DNA from: an uncultured Methanomicrobiales archaeon
Lineage (GTDB): Archaea > Halobacteriota > Methanomicrobia > Methanomicrobiales > Methanospirillaceae
NCBI GenBank assembly: GCA_963758915.1
Contig: CAVWXH010000003.1
Location: 288,001-352,000, forward strand
DNA length: 64,000 bases
Reading direction: 5' to 3'
Below, piece after piece: positions 50,973 through 62,192 of the stretch; positions within the stretch are counted from its first letter, which is position 1; every line of letters starts with the position of its first letter. A program made the position numbers and the translations under genes. The notes under the pieces were generated by a model. The model saw only the letters and a program-made list of their open reading frames with translations, was not told the origin of the DNA and made no database searches.

Positions 50973-51291
50973 TTATCTGCATATGATCTGTTTGAGAACT
51001 CATATCAATATATTGAGCAGACGGTCGGTTGGTGGTACACCAGTTATTACAAACCGGGGGGAATTCCGGCAGAATGAAAGATGACATCGCGGTATATCAG
51101 GAGCCGTATACATGGGGGGTCCTCCATTGTTTTCCCCATTACAACCCATCAGATTTGCTACCGGGCATTCCATTGTATCACCCGGGCAGGAAAGAATAAG
51201 GGGTACATAATTAAAATACCCGGTATTATTGGTATTCCTGTCACAGGAAATCTATAATTGAGATTCTGACATATTAGCAGGTACTGCCAAA

Positions 51292-52605
51292 ATGTCCATA
51301 ACATACGAGATTCTTCTCATTGCAATCCTGATTCTTATAAATGGCCTACTTGTGATGGCGGAATTTGCTATTGTTGCCGCGAAAAAATCACGCCTTCAGA
51401 ACAGAGCTGAACAGGGAGACAAAGAAGCGGCCGAGGCCCTGTCACTCGCAGAGAAACCCACAAATTTCCTTTCCACAATCCAGGTTGGCATCACGCTTAT
51501 CAGCATTATTATCGGGGCGTTCGGTGGCGCCACCACGGCCGAATCACTGAGCCTTGTAATACAGGGGGTCCCGGCCCTCGCCCCGTATAGTGAGGCACTG
51601 GCCCTTACCGTGGTAGTCATTGTGGTCACCTATTTCACCCTGCTATTCGGTGAAATTGTTCCAAAGTGGATTGGGATGAATGATGCGGAGAGAATCGCCG
51701 CAAGAGTGGCAAGGCCGGTACGCCTGCTCTCCCTGGCAATGTACCCGGTAGTACTATTCCTGAGTTATTCAACCGAAGCGGTATTACTGGTGTTACGCCT
51801 GAAAAAAGGCACTGAGCCACCTGTAACTGAGGAGGAAATTAAAATCCTTATTGAACAGGGAACTGAAGCAGGCGTATTCGATGAAGCAGAAGCTGATATG
51901 GTTGAAGGAGTTTTTAACCTTGCAGACCAGAAGGCAGGGAGGTTCATGGTCCTCCGTCCTGATGTCGTTGCACTTGATATCTCCGAAAGCCCGGAAAAAA
52001 TCTGGGTGAAAATGGTTGAGAGCAGGCGATCTTATTTTCCGGTCTATCGTGATGAACTTGATAACTTCCTGGGAATCGTCGCGATCAGGGACCTCTGGGT
52101 GCAGATGGTGGAGGGAAAAACAATGGATATTGAATCTGCAATCACTACACCATTATTTGTCCCGGAAAGCATTCCTTTGCTCAAACTGCTCGATTATTTC
52201 AGAAAGGAGGGGTTACACATCGCAATGGTGGTGGATGAACTGGGCAATATCCAGGGGCTTATCACCCTCCACGATATTCTCGAGGCGATCGTCGGTCATC
52301 TCCCCACCGACGATGAGCCCAGGGAGGCCGAGATCATCGTGCGTGCAGACGGGTCCTGGCTCATGGACGGGTCGGTAACGGTTGAGGATTTCCGGGAAAG
52401 TATCGGTGTCGAAATACGGCCGGACGAACAGGCAGACAGGTTTCACACCCTTGCAGGGTTTGTCATGCTCCAGCTCCAGAGGATTCCAAAAACCGGTGAC
52501 CGTTTCGAATGGAACGGGTTTTCGTTCGAAGTGGTGGATATGGACGGCATGAAGCTTGACAAGGTACTTGTCTCCCGCCTGCCGCCCGGTACTGAACCGG
52601 GCTGA
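51292..52605 (+). CDS. CNNM/HlyC-CorC family transporter (DUF21-CBS-CorC)
   Basis: AEFAIV, FLSTIQVGIT, GEIVPK, VVDELG...EDI-type CBS, CorC C-terminus. Confidence 0.93.
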   Translation: MSITYEILLIAILILINGLLVMAEFAIVAAKKSRLQNRAEQGDKEAAEALSLAEKPTNFLSTIQVGITLISIIIGAFGGATTAESLSLVIQGVPALAPYSEALALTVVVIVVTYFTLLFGEIVPKWIGMNDAERIAARVARPVRLLSLAMYPVVLFLSYSTEAVLLVLRLKKGTEPPVTEEEIKILIEQGTEAGVFDEAEADMVEGVFNLADQKAGRFMVLRPDVVALDISESPEKIWVKMVESRRSYFPVYRDELDNFLGIVAIRDLWVQMVEGKTMDIESAITTPLFVPESIPLLKLLDYFRKEGLHIAMVVDELGNIQGLITLHDILEAIVGHLPTDDEPREAEIIVRADGSWLMDGSVTVEDFRESIGVEIRPDEQADRFHTLAGFVMLQLQRIPKTGDRFEWNGFSFEVVDMDGMKLDKVLVSRLPPGTEPG

Positions 52606-52729
52606 TGAGATACTGGTCCCTGGTACCATTCTCCCTTATGATTATTCAGCTACCGGTGCTAACATTCCAAGGATTCATAGCGTTTGTAACACCAGATCCT
52701 GACCAGTTCCACGATCACCAGGTCCCCGG

Positions 52730-52996
52730 GACCCCTGCTGTTACCATCTAGTATTTTGCCTTCAGTCCCGCGACCATCAAGGTTCCGGGGGGACAACCAT
52801 AACCTGGGTGAACCAGGACTCGGCAAGCCACACCATCATCAGCGATGCCCATGGATCTGTTGCGCAGGGTGCAGTATTCACGAGTAATTCACTGGCGAGC
52901 GGTGCATCGTATTCGTTTAAGTTCGATAATCCCGGTACATACCCGTACCACTGCAGTATTCATCCCTCGATGAAGGCGACAGTCGTAGTAACGTGA
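52730..52996 (+). pseudogene. Plastocyanin/cupredoxin remnant
   Basis: PAVTI*YFAFSPATIKV (TAG 52749), a frameshift, then TWVNQDSASHT...YHCSIHPSMK copper ligands; no start or signal peptide. Confidence 0.75.
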
Positions 52997-53090
52997 TTAC
53001 CGGAGAATCACCTTGGGCTTGAGCTGGCAAATGAGCACGGTTCGAGATTGCCGTGCCGAATAGTATATTGCGTTCCGGGGGTAAGGATAT
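52997..53090 (+). pseudogene. C-terminal fragment of a histidine kinase
   Basis: ...GK*ARFEIAVP matches the GKGARFEI.VP end of the intact kinases. Confidence 0.5.
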
Positions 53091-53158
53091 TTGATCGTCG
53101 TGATATCCTTTACTCATGCAGGCACCGGACTGAACATGACCGCCCGGGGTAGGATGCT

Positions 53159-55230
53159 ATGACACGGAATATCACATGGTGGCAGGTCATCGCCCTTGTC
53201 ATCATCATAGCCGGGGTGCTCCTGACAGCATGGACTGCACAGCAGCAGGACCAGCAGTTACGAAAAGATCTGCTGACAAAAGCACGAATTGCCGTAGAGA
53301 GTATTGATCCTGCAATGGTGAAGTCATTAAACGCTTCATCATCCGACCTTGAGTCCCCTGACTACCAGCAACTGAAGGCGCAGATGGTACGACTGCGTGC
53401 AACAGATCCATCCATACGGTTTGCATACCTGATGGGGCAACGACCTGAGGGAATCGTCTTCTATGTTGACTCGGAACCTGCGGCAACTGGGCTTACTCAC
53501 CTCCCGGTGAGGTATATACCGAGGTAACACCCCTGACCGTGAAGGCATTTTCCGATAAACAGGAGATGACCGAAGGTCCGGTTTCCGATCGCTGGGGAAC
53601 ATGGGTAAGTGCCATGGTTCCGGTTACTGACAAGGACTCAGGAGAGTTTGTCGCACTCTTCGGGATGGATGTCGATGCCAGGTATTGGATCTTGGCTATT
53701 GCTAAAGGAACTCTGCAACGATAATAGCAACGACTCTTCTCATCGCTGGTACTGGTTGTCGTATTCGGGCTCACCCAGCGGCGCAACCGAAGAGAACAAC
53801 GAAACCTTGCAGTATCAGAGGACAAATTTTTCCGGACCTTCCATACAAATCCTGCGCTGATGGCAGTATCCTCAATTGAAAACGACAGATTTATTGACGT
53901 GAACTCATCGTTCCTCCAGGCGCTTGGCTATTCCCGGGAGGAGGTAATCGGGAGGACTATTCCGGATCTCGGCCTGTATTCTGACCCTGCCCACTGGGAA
54001 TTCATTCAACGCCAGCTCAAAGAGATCGGAAAGGTAAACGATGTTGATGTGAAAGTAACCGGAAAGGATCATATCATACGGGACGGGTTGTTTTCCGCAA
54101 TTGCGATTGATGTTGATGGTCAACCCTGTGTGCTCACCGTGATACTCGACATAACCGAGCGAAAGAAGGCAGAAGATGCACTGAGGGAGAGCGAATCTCA
54201 TCTGAGCAGTATCATCCGTGTCGCACCGATCGGGATAGGGGTCATATCCAACCGGATCATCCGGAGAGTCAACGACCGGATTTGCCAGATGACCGGGTAC
54301 ACCGCGGAAGAACTCACCGGTAAATCCTCCTCGTTATTCTACCCGACGCAGGAGGAATTCGAGTATGTTGGCAGGGAAAAATACGCTCAAATCGCACAGA
54401 CGGGGACAGGTTCGGTCGCGACCCGGTGGCAGAAGAAAGACGGGACAATTATTGACATCATCCTCTCATCGACACCAGTCGATCCGTCTGATCTGTCTGT
54501 TGGCGTGACGTTTACAGCGCTGGACATCACCGATCGCAAGCTCGCCGAAGACACGCTGCTGAAAGTCAACCAGAAACTCAATGTGCTCTCCCGGCTGACA
54601 CAGAGGGAACTGACGAACGAGCTCTTCGTCCTGAACAGTTACCTTGAGCTGACACTACAGGAAGCCCATGGACAGGACCGGATTATTGAGAACCTAAAAA
54701 AATGTGGACAGGCAGCTATGTCAATCTCCGATATTACGGAATTTTCCAAGAATTACCAGGATTTGGGAGCAAAACCTCCGACATGGCAGAACGTGAAAAT
54801 GACGTTACTGTTCGGGCTCTCCCATGTATCAATGGGGGATGTCCAGCACCACATTGAAATGGGGAATCTCGAGATCTTTGCCGATCCTTTGCTTGAAAAG
54901 GCGTTCCAGGGACTTTTTGAGAACTCGCTGGCCCACGGGGGCCACGTCACCCGGGTCCGGGCCTGGCATACAGCAACTCCCGGAGGAGTCACGATTTTCT
55001 TTGAAGACGACGGTATAGGAATCCCTCATGAAAGGAAGGAACAGGTCTTTTTGCACCGTGAGGGGATTATCACAATGATACGGGGCCTCTTCTTTACCCG
55101 GGAAATTCTCTCCATCACCGGTCTTGATATCCGTGAAACGGGTGAACCCGGGAAGGGCGCACGGTTTGAGATTACCGTGCCGGACAGGATGTACCGGTAT
55201 TCCGGGAATGGGATTCGGAAAGGAGACTGA
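53159..55230 (+). pseudogene. Membrane sensor-PAS-PAS-kinase-like gene with several frameshifts and no phospho-His
   Basis: Pieces 53159-53490, 53495-53715 and 53745-55230 join; the H-box reads LTQRELTNEL; HATPase boxes retained. Confidence 0.75.
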
Positions 55231-55351
55231 AAATGGGAACAGGAAAGCCCGCACCTGTTCCAGGTATACTGCAGGAGTAGTCCTTTTACCCTGTTGGATT
55301 CCCCGTGGCAGACTCTCCCGGGGGCAACCGGAACCTTATTTTCCCTCCTTT

Positions 55352-58300
55352 TTAGTCCTGCTTCTTCACCGCCTCAGCAATTCGCCATGCACCGTCCGGC
55401 ACCACCATCTCAAACCGTGCCCCCTTTCCGGGCTCGCCTGTCTCTGTGATCGTAATGCCGGTGATGTCGAGGATTTCCCGGGAAAGGAAGAGCCCGAGCC
55501 CGGTGTTTTTCCCGAATTCGCGGTCGAAGACCTTCGCCTTCTCTCCAGCAACGACACCCACACCATCATCTTCACACACGATGATCTGGTCATCCCCGGA
55601 TTCCTCTACAGAGAACCGTATGGTCGTGATCTTTCCACCGTACCGCACCGCATTGTCCATGAGATTGTAAAAGACCTTAATAATCAGCGGGTCTGCAAAC
55701 ACTTCAATACCGCCCGTAAGTTCGTTCTTCACGTTGATCTTTCCGAGCTGGGTTTGCTTTGCCGCTGTTTCCACAAGTGTGCACAAGTCCTGCCAGGCCG
55801 GGGAACTGACACCGATCTGCTCGTATTCTTTGGTAAAATGGATCATGGCGGAGATACGCTGTGCAGCAGCTGAAGCCTTCTGGAAATACTCTTCCTGTGA
55901 GGGGGCGGGTTTACTATCTTCCAGAATGGCGAGGTACCCCCGTAGCATCGTGAGCTGGTTGTTGATATCGTGCCGGGTGACAGAGGACAGGAGGGTGAAT
56001 TTTTTATTTGCAGCTGCGAGCGAAGTTGAGAATTTCCTGAGTTCCTGCGCATGGTGCTCCATCTCCTTTTCGAGCTCTTTACGTTCGGTGATATCGCGGG
56101 CGATGCTCATCACGTATGGCTTATTACCGAGATGGATAAGAACTGCACTGACCTCCTCGGTAATCTGCCGGCCGTCCCGCGTATTATGAACCGTTTCAAA
56201 AACAATATGCCCGTTTTTAGTAAGTTCCCGAATGCGCCCCTCCACGTTACAGGCATGCACCGGGTCATCAACATCAACAACCTTCATCGTTAACAGTTCT
56301 TCACGGGAATAGCCCAGGCGTCTGCAGATAACGTCATTGACTTCAACGAAATTTCCTTCAGGATCATGGACCGCGATTGCATCGCCGGCATTTTCGAATA
56401 CCGTGCGGAATCTCACCTCGCTCTCCCGCGCTAATTCCTCCGCACGCTTGCGTTCGGTGATGTCGCGGACAATTGAGAGATCAACATCCTTTTCCTTGTA
56501 ACGGAATGTGTGGGTACTGACTTCAACGGGGTAGATACTCCCGTCTTTTCGCCTGTGGGAAGACTCAAACGTAGCATGCCCGTCTTTGAGCAGTTTTTTA
56601 ATGACCACAGGCATAATTTTTTTCTGAGTCTCCTCCGGTACGATATCCCGGGGGGACAACTCAAGGAGCTCTTCTTTTGAATATCCCAGCATCCGGACAG
56701 CTTTATCATTCACAAGGAGGTAGTTACCGGGACCATGTGGGGTTCTTTCAAGCAGGAATACCGCATCGTTCGCATGGTTAAATACCTCGCGGAACAGCAG
56801 CTCGCTCTCCTGCAGCACCCTCTCTGCCTCCCTGCTCGCGGTGACGTCTTTTAATGTGACCTGCACGGCAGGTTTACCATTGCTAACGGTCCGTATACCT
56901 CTGCCTTCAACTATCACTCTGGTCCCATCAGGGCGGACCATCGGTAATTCCATCAGTGATGTTGAGACCCCCTCAAGATCTTTTTGGATATTTGTCTTCA
57001 CAGCCTCGCGGAAATCAGCCTGGATATAATCAAGAACATTGTTACCGATAATTTCGTCGGGACTCGTTGCACCAATGAGGGTGACAGCGGCAGGGTTCAG
57101 GTATATGATCTTACCTTCCTGGTGGAGGATAACAGAATCCGGGGAGATCTCTACCAGTTTGCGGTACCGGTCTTCGCTCTCCCGCAGCGCCTTGTCTGCC
57201 AGCTTGCGCTCGGTGATGTCACGCACTAAGCTGACCACATACAGGATCCGGCCGTCTGGATCATGAATTGGCCGGACGAAGTGTTCAGTCGGAAACACGC
57301 AACCATCCTTCCGACGCATCTCGAACTCCCGTGTGTAATATCCGGGCACCTCGTAGGTGGCCTTAGCCTCCCGACCGAACTGCTCCACATGCGCCCGGTC
57401 GACATGAAGGGAAGTGGTCTCACTGCCAACCAGTTCCTCGTACGAATAGCCAAAGATTCTGGTTGCAGCGTCGTTGCACTCGATGATCAGGCGTGTCGCG
57501 GGATCAACGAGGAAGATAGCATCATCGAGCGAAGCGATTGTCGCCTCGAACCGGTCGTGTGATTCCTGCAGCGCTTCCTCTGCCCGTTTGCGTTCGGAAA
57601 TATCATGGAAGATCCCCTCAATGCCAGCGATCATACCGTTTTCATCCCGGTAATGATGGCTGGAGGATGTCACCCAGAGGGGTGAGCCATCCTTTCGTTT
57701 CAACTGCACCTCGGAGTCCTCTATGGATCCCTTTTCTTCAATAATCCGGACCAGTTCCTTTCGTTTTTCCGGTGAAATGTAGAATGTCTCTGATATTGGT
57801 TTATTGATGATTTCATCAATAGACCCATATCCAAGTTTTCGTATACAGCTCGGACTTGCCATGATCAGGTTCCCCTCCATGTCGCTCCGGTAGAACATGT
57901 CCTGTATATTTTCGATGACACTACGGTATTTCTCCTCACTTACCCGCAACGCTTCCTCCCGTCGCCGTTCCTCAGTAACATTATGGAGTGTACCGATGGT
58001 TGCAGGTCTCCCCCCAACCGATGCTGAAGAGATATGCATTATAACCCGAATCCGGGTCGTCCCGTCATGGTGGAGCACAGAAAACTCATATTCCTCAGGA
58101 AGGGCTTCTCCTGCTGATCGTTCCCGGTGCCGGGTCAGGACCAGGTCCCGGTCTTCTGGTGCAATCAGGTCAGCGATTGATCGCCCGTAAAGGTCGGCAC
58201 TGCTGTAGCCGGTCAGGGTAGCAAAAGAAGGATTGTGGAAGACCAGCAGGCCATCCTGGGCAATAAAAATTCCGTCATTGCTCTGCTCAATGACCAAGCG

Positions 58301-59146
58301 GTACTTCTGTCCGCTCTCTCCCAACGATTCCTCGTTTCGTTTCTGTTCAGTGATGTCCCGGATGGATTCAATTGCGCCGACAACATCCCCTTTGCTGTTA
58401 TAGAGAACGGATGCCCTGCCCATCAGGACCGCATATCTGCCGGAAGGCCGGGGAAGGGACGTCTCAGCGGTGATGACACTTCCCTCTTTTCTGATGTTTG
58501 AATACCTTCCCGTTGTACGTTCATCGTCGGGAATGGACACGAGATCAATAAGGATCGGGCGACGCTCCCCGTAAAAGGGGATGGAGTATTCGTAGTTACC
58601 CTTGCCAAGCATATCACGGGCAGGGACACCGGTCATCTCCTCGATTGCCCGGTTCCATGCAATCACGTTCCCCTCGTTATCTATTGCAAATGTTGCATCA
58701 GGAAGGAAATTAGTAATGTCATGGAGCCGTTTCTCAGTATCCATTGCCTGTTTTTCTGTCCTTTGCCGGCTTACCGCCGATCGGATCTTGTGCGCCAGTT
58801 CGACGTACTGCGACTCCGGGTCACCGCCTTTCTGGATATAAAAATCGGCACCCTCGTTGAGCGCCTTAATGGCCACTTCTTCACGCCCCCTGCCGGTGAA
58901 GATAATGAACGGTGTAGTATCCCCCGATGCTTTCAGCTCCATGAGGAACATGATCCCGTCCATCTCCGGCATCAGGTAGTCGGAGATGATGACGTCATAC
59001 CGCTCCGAGTTCAGCCGCGTGAGTGCCTCTCTGGCTGATGAAAGGGTATCAACTGAAAACGCCCCCAATTTCTCAAGGAACAGCTTGCTAATCTCAAGCA
59101 GGCCGGGCTCATCATCGACATAGAGGACCCGGAGTACATCTGCCAT
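55352..59146 (-). CDS. Hybrid REC-multi-PAS (about 7)-histidine kinase
   Basis: VLYVDDEP, SDYLMPEMDG, repeated RDITERK PAC ends, VTRHDINNQL, NAVRYG, DDGVG, TGLGL. Confidence 0.94.
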   Translation of the reverse strand: MADVLRVLYVDDEPGLLEISKLFLEKLGAFSVDTLSSAREALTRLNSERYDVIISDYLMPEMDGIMFLMELKASGDTTPFIIFTGRGREEVAIKALNEGADFYIQKGGDPESQYVELAHKIRSAVSRQRTEKQAMDTEKRLHDITNFLPDATFAIDNEGNVIAWNRAIEEMTGVPARDMLGKGNYEYSIPFYGERRPILIDLVSIPDDERTTGRYSNIRKEGSVITAETSLPRPSGRYAVLMGRASVLYNSKGDVVGAIESIRDITEQKRNEESLGESGQKYRLVIEQSNDGIFIAQDGLLVFHNPSFATLTGYSSADLYGRSIADLIAPEDRDLVLTRHRERSAGEALPEEYEFSVLHHDGTTRIRVIMHISSASVGGRPATIGTLHNVTEERRREEALRVSEEKYRSVIENIQDMFYRSDMEGNLIMASPSCIRKLGYGSIDEIINKPISETFYISPEKRKELVRIIEEKGSIEDSEVQLKRKDGSPLWVTSSSHHYRDENGMIAGIEGIFHDISERKRAEEALQESHDRFEATIASLDDAIFLVDPATRLIIECNDAATRIFGYSYEELVGSETTSLHVDRAHVEQFGREAKATYEVPGYYTREFEMRRKDGCVFPTEHFVRPIHDPDGRILYVVSLVRDITERKLADKALRESEDRYRKLVEISPDSVILHQEGKIIYLNPAAVTLIGATSPDEIIGNNVLDYIQADFREAVKTNIQKDLEGVSTSLMELPMVRPDGTRVIVEGRGIRTVSNGKPAVQVTLKDVTASREAERVLQESELLFREVFNHANDAVFLLERTPHGPGNYLLVNDKAVRMLGYSKEELLELSPRDIVPEETQKKIMPVVIKKLLKDGHATFESSHRRKDGSIYPVEVSTHTFRYKEKDVDLSIVRDITERKRAEELARESEVRFRTVFENAGDAIAVHDPEGNFVEVNDVICRRLGYSREELLTMKVVDVDDPVHACNVEGRIRELTKNGHIVFETVHNTRDGRQITEEVSAVLIHLGNKPYVMSIARDITERKELEKEMEHHAQELRKFSTSLAAANKKFTLLSSVTRHDINNQLTMLRGYLAILEDSKPAPSQEEYFQKASAAAQRISAMIHFTKEYEQIGVSSPAWQDLCTLVETAAKQTQLGKINVKNELTGGIEVFADPLIIKVFYNLMDNAVRYGGKITTIRFSVEESGDDQIIVCEDDGVGVVAGEKAKVFDREFGKNTGLGLFLSREILDITGITITETGEPGKGARFEMVVPDGAWRIAEAVKKQD

Positions 59147-59485
59147 TATATTCGATGGTCTTTCTGGTACTACAAGTCTTTCGGTATGGTAATCCCGGCC
59201 ATTAACGCTTTCCTGTTTTAAACTCCATAACTGCTCTGGTTTCGCAATAAGGGGGCCCAATCATGCAGATGTCAGGGCATCAGGATATCAGAAAAACGGA
59301 TATTTTCCTGCAAATCCCCCATAAAAATAGACCTGCACGAAATCTCACTCTGCCCTAATACGGTCATGGAAGACTGCCGCGAGCACTGCGTCAATCACCG
59401 GTCCGATGATGTTGATCGGATGCAATAACCCGGACGATCATTCTATAAGATCCCAATCGTAATAGCAACAGGCGGAAGAGATCTC

Positions 59486-60058
59486 ATGAAGGTTGTTGCA
59501 TTCAACGGGAGTGCCAGGAAAGACGGCAATACAGCCATCCTGGTCAAAGCGGTGTTTAAAGAACTGAAAAAAGAGGATATTGAGACCGAGCTGGTGCAGC
59601 TCGCGGGTAAAAAGGTGCATGGCTGCCTCGCCTGCGGAAAGTGTAAAAAGAACCGGGACCAGCAATGCGTAATCCACAACGATGTCATCAATGAGTGCAT
59701 CGGGAAGATGGTTGAAGCGGACGGGATCATCCTCGCATCGCCCACATACTTTACTGACGTTTCAACGGAGATGAAGGGCCTGATCGACCGTGCGGGATAC
59801 GTTGCCCGGGCAAACGATCACATGTTCCAGCGAAAGGTGGGTGCTGCGGTAGTTGCAGCCCGTCGGGCCGGTGCAATCCATACCTTTGATACCCTGAACC
59901 ACTTCTTCCTCATCAGCCAGATGGTCGTCCCCGGTTCATCGTACTGGAACATCGGTATGGGCATGGAACCGGGCGATGTAAAAAAGGACAGGGAAGGGCT
60001 TGCAACGATGAAGACACTGGGCCAGAATATAGCGTGGCTGATGAAAAAACTGGAGTAA
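59486..60058 (+). CDS. Iron-sulfur flavoprotein (flavodoxin-like fold)
   Basis: NGSARKDGNT, CLACGKC-x7-C, ASPTYF, RRAGA. Confidence 0.9.
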   Translation: MKVVAFNGSARKDGNTAILVKAVFKELKKEDIETELVQLAGKKVHGCLACGKCKKNRDQQCVIHNDVINECIGKMVEADGIILASPTYFTDVSTEMKGLIDRAGYVARANDHMFQRKVGAAVVAARRAGAIHTFDTLNHFFLISQMVVPGSSYWNIGMGMEPGDVKKDREGLATMKTLGQNIAWLMKKLE

Positions 60059-60060
60059 CT

Positions 60061-60113
60061 GGCTCTGTTGAAACATGTATGAACTTCCCGTTCATGTTTG
60101 TTTCAACATTGCC
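60061..60113. repeat. 53-bp palindromic mini-element of the MITE family
   Basis: GGCTCTGTTGAAACATGTATGAAC-TTCCC-GTTCATGTTTGTTTCAACATTGCC; arms match the ends of copies A and E. Confidence 0.75.
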
Positions 60114-60317
60114 CCAGGTTTCTTAGTTCAAATAAAAGCGGAAATTCCCTTAATCCAGTGTGGTCCATACATTGCAACAGATAATACAATGCCTGACACC
60201 ACAATTATCACCAGGAGAATAATTAGCCATTTTTCCCTGTTGCTTGCATATTCGGCCATTTGGGATGATACACCTCTAACAGAATTGTCGTACGGGCTTG
60301 AATACTTTTAGACAATT

Positions 60318-60772
60318 GGCCTTTGTTGTAACCCTTCGGTGTCACAAAAAAAATAAGAGGGGTATACGAAGACAGGAGGGGGGTTTCACCCTCCCTGCCC
60401 CACCCCCATTAAGATATTCTTCGGGCAGGGTTTCCCGAAGGCTCATTAAATTCAGAGTATTGGGGGATAGTCTCTATCCTGACGAAATTTTAGAATTCCC
60501 AATCTGCAAGATAGATTTGAGAGGATTTGAGAGGATTTCCCATGAAAACAGGCATGACGCCAAAAGGCCACAAGCATACAAAATGAAATTGCCAGTGGGG
60601 ATTTTCATATTAACCGCCTATGACCGCCCCGCTGTCGGGCATAAACAATGAAATTGTCGATGGGATTTTTATTGGAAATGCCCGAACGGTCAGCAATATG
60701 AAGAGATTTTGAACGTGGAATTTTCAATCGTCCGGGTGTGAACTTCATGTTCATGCGTGTTTCTACAGAGCG
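60318..60772 (-). mobile_element. MITE-like repeat, long copy E
   Basis: GGCCTTTGTTGTAACCCT ... TTTCTACAGAGCG; reverse complement aligns with copy A. Confidence 0.82.
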
Positions 60773-60864
60773 GAAATATAATAATAATGGCATTTGGCCG
60801 TACCTCTTCCCACATCAGGTTTTTAAACAGGTGGGTTTATCGTATTATCAATGGTCTGCACTTT

Positions 60865-61353
60865 ATGAAACGCCCATCTTTTCCTTTACTTGGTGCGGTC
60901 CTGATACTAGTCATCGTCACTACGATTAGTGCAGGGTGTATAGCAAGTACCCCGCCGGTAGTTCCACCATCATACCAGGATGCAGAATTGTTATCCTTAG
61001 GGGCAGAGTCCGGGAAGGCATTAGGCCCCGCAATATTAAAAGTTTCAGAAGATGCGTCCGGTAAGGATATTGTATCATTAGAGGCCGATTCAGCCAGGCT
61101 TAGTTCACTGGCAGGCAGGTATTATTTCCAGATGAGGGACCTTAATGTGTCACCAAAATACCAGGCATGGAAAACAAATTATCTCCTCGGATTACTCGAT
61201 GTGCAAACGGCCGGAGACTATTTTTCAAAGAGTGCTGTTGCGGCCCGGTCAGAAGATTATACAACAGCCCTGACTTATTTAGAGCAAGGGGATACGTTAT
61301 TTAAAAGAAGCAACCATTATCTTGCCATGGCAAATGAATCGATCCGGGAATAA
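60865..61353 (+). CDS. Helical-bundle lipoprotein of unknown function
   Basis: Signal peptide with SAGC lipobox; T-run after the stop. Confidence 0.75.
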   Translation: MKRPSFPLLGAVLILVIVTTISAGCIASTPPVVPPSYQDAELLSLGAESGKALGPAILKVSEDASGKDIVSLEADSARLSSLAGRYYFQMRDLNVSPKYQAWKTNYLLGLLDVQTAGDYFSKSAVAARSEDYTTALTYLEQGDTLFKRSNHYLAMANESIRE

Positions 61354-61498
61354 TCCGGTTTTTTTTGAATTTATAAGACCGGACGGAGAAGGGGGCACAT
61401 TTTTTTGTCCCGCCGGGTCTGCCATTTTTCCGGGTCCGGCCACCATAACCGGGTATGGGACCACTCCAGTTGCCTGATGCTAACGATGCGATGCAGTC

Positions 61499-61915
61499 CT
61501 AATGATTTTGAATTCCTCCTTTTTTAAGGAAATAATATCCTGAGCAGAGCGTGAAGATGGTCGCTGCTGTCGCAAACATAATCAATGGGTCCAATGAACC
61601 TGGTTCCCACAGAATTACACCCCGTGCAATAGCGATGATCGCAACGACAACCACAATCTCCACGTGGATCACTTTTTCATTGATATATGCCGATAATGTT
61701 ACCAGGAGTTCGACCCCTATCAGGACGAGAAGAAAATACCCAAACAGATCCAATAGTTCATGATTTTCAAGCAATCCCGGGGAATGGACCAAGAGAGTAG
61801 TAAATACAAGGTAAACGAGCATGCAGACTGCGAAAGTGACAATGACCGCAAAGAGAACGATGAGGATAATATACGTGATCTTAAAATACTGTTTCAGCAG
61901 GTCATTGATTTCCAT
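61499..61915 (-). CDS. PsiE-family membrane protein
   Basis: LLVLIGVELL...VAIIAIAR.VI. Confidence 0.85.
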   Translation of the reverse strand: MEINDLLKQYFKITYIILIVLFAVIVTFAVCMLVYLVFTTLLVHSPGLLENHELLDLFGYFLLVLIGVELLVTLSAYINEKVIHVEIVVVVAIIAIARGVILWEPGSLDPLIMFATAATIFTLCSGYYFLKKGGIQNH

Positions 61916-62192
61916 AGTAGCATATAATTAAACCATTGATATATAGGCTGGTATGAAAAACTCCACGAACCACCTGAAAGACGACCTTTTTCATACTCAT
62001 CTATGAGCCAACGGCTCATAGCACGCTCTGTAAAAAAAAACGTTCCCTTCCGGGGGTCCATCATTCGGAAAATAGAATCCCCAACCCCATTCCGGATTGC
62101 CGGACCATAGGGTGGATATTGTCATCAGGGCGTCTTCTCAATTATTCTGATAGATAAGGTATATATCTCATGTACGTATTCAATTCTGTAAT

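Noticed and set aside
52749-52751. In-frame TAG in the cupredoxin as possible pyrrolysine
   Set aside because: Accompanied by a frameshift and a missing N-terminus, and no pyl genes are in view; a pseudogene is more parsimonious
62001-62045. Perfect hairpin CTATGAGCC-AAC-GGCTCATAG followed by CGCTCTGTAAAAA
   Set aside because: May be a lone MITE-end remnant or operator, but no matching right end or internal similarity was found
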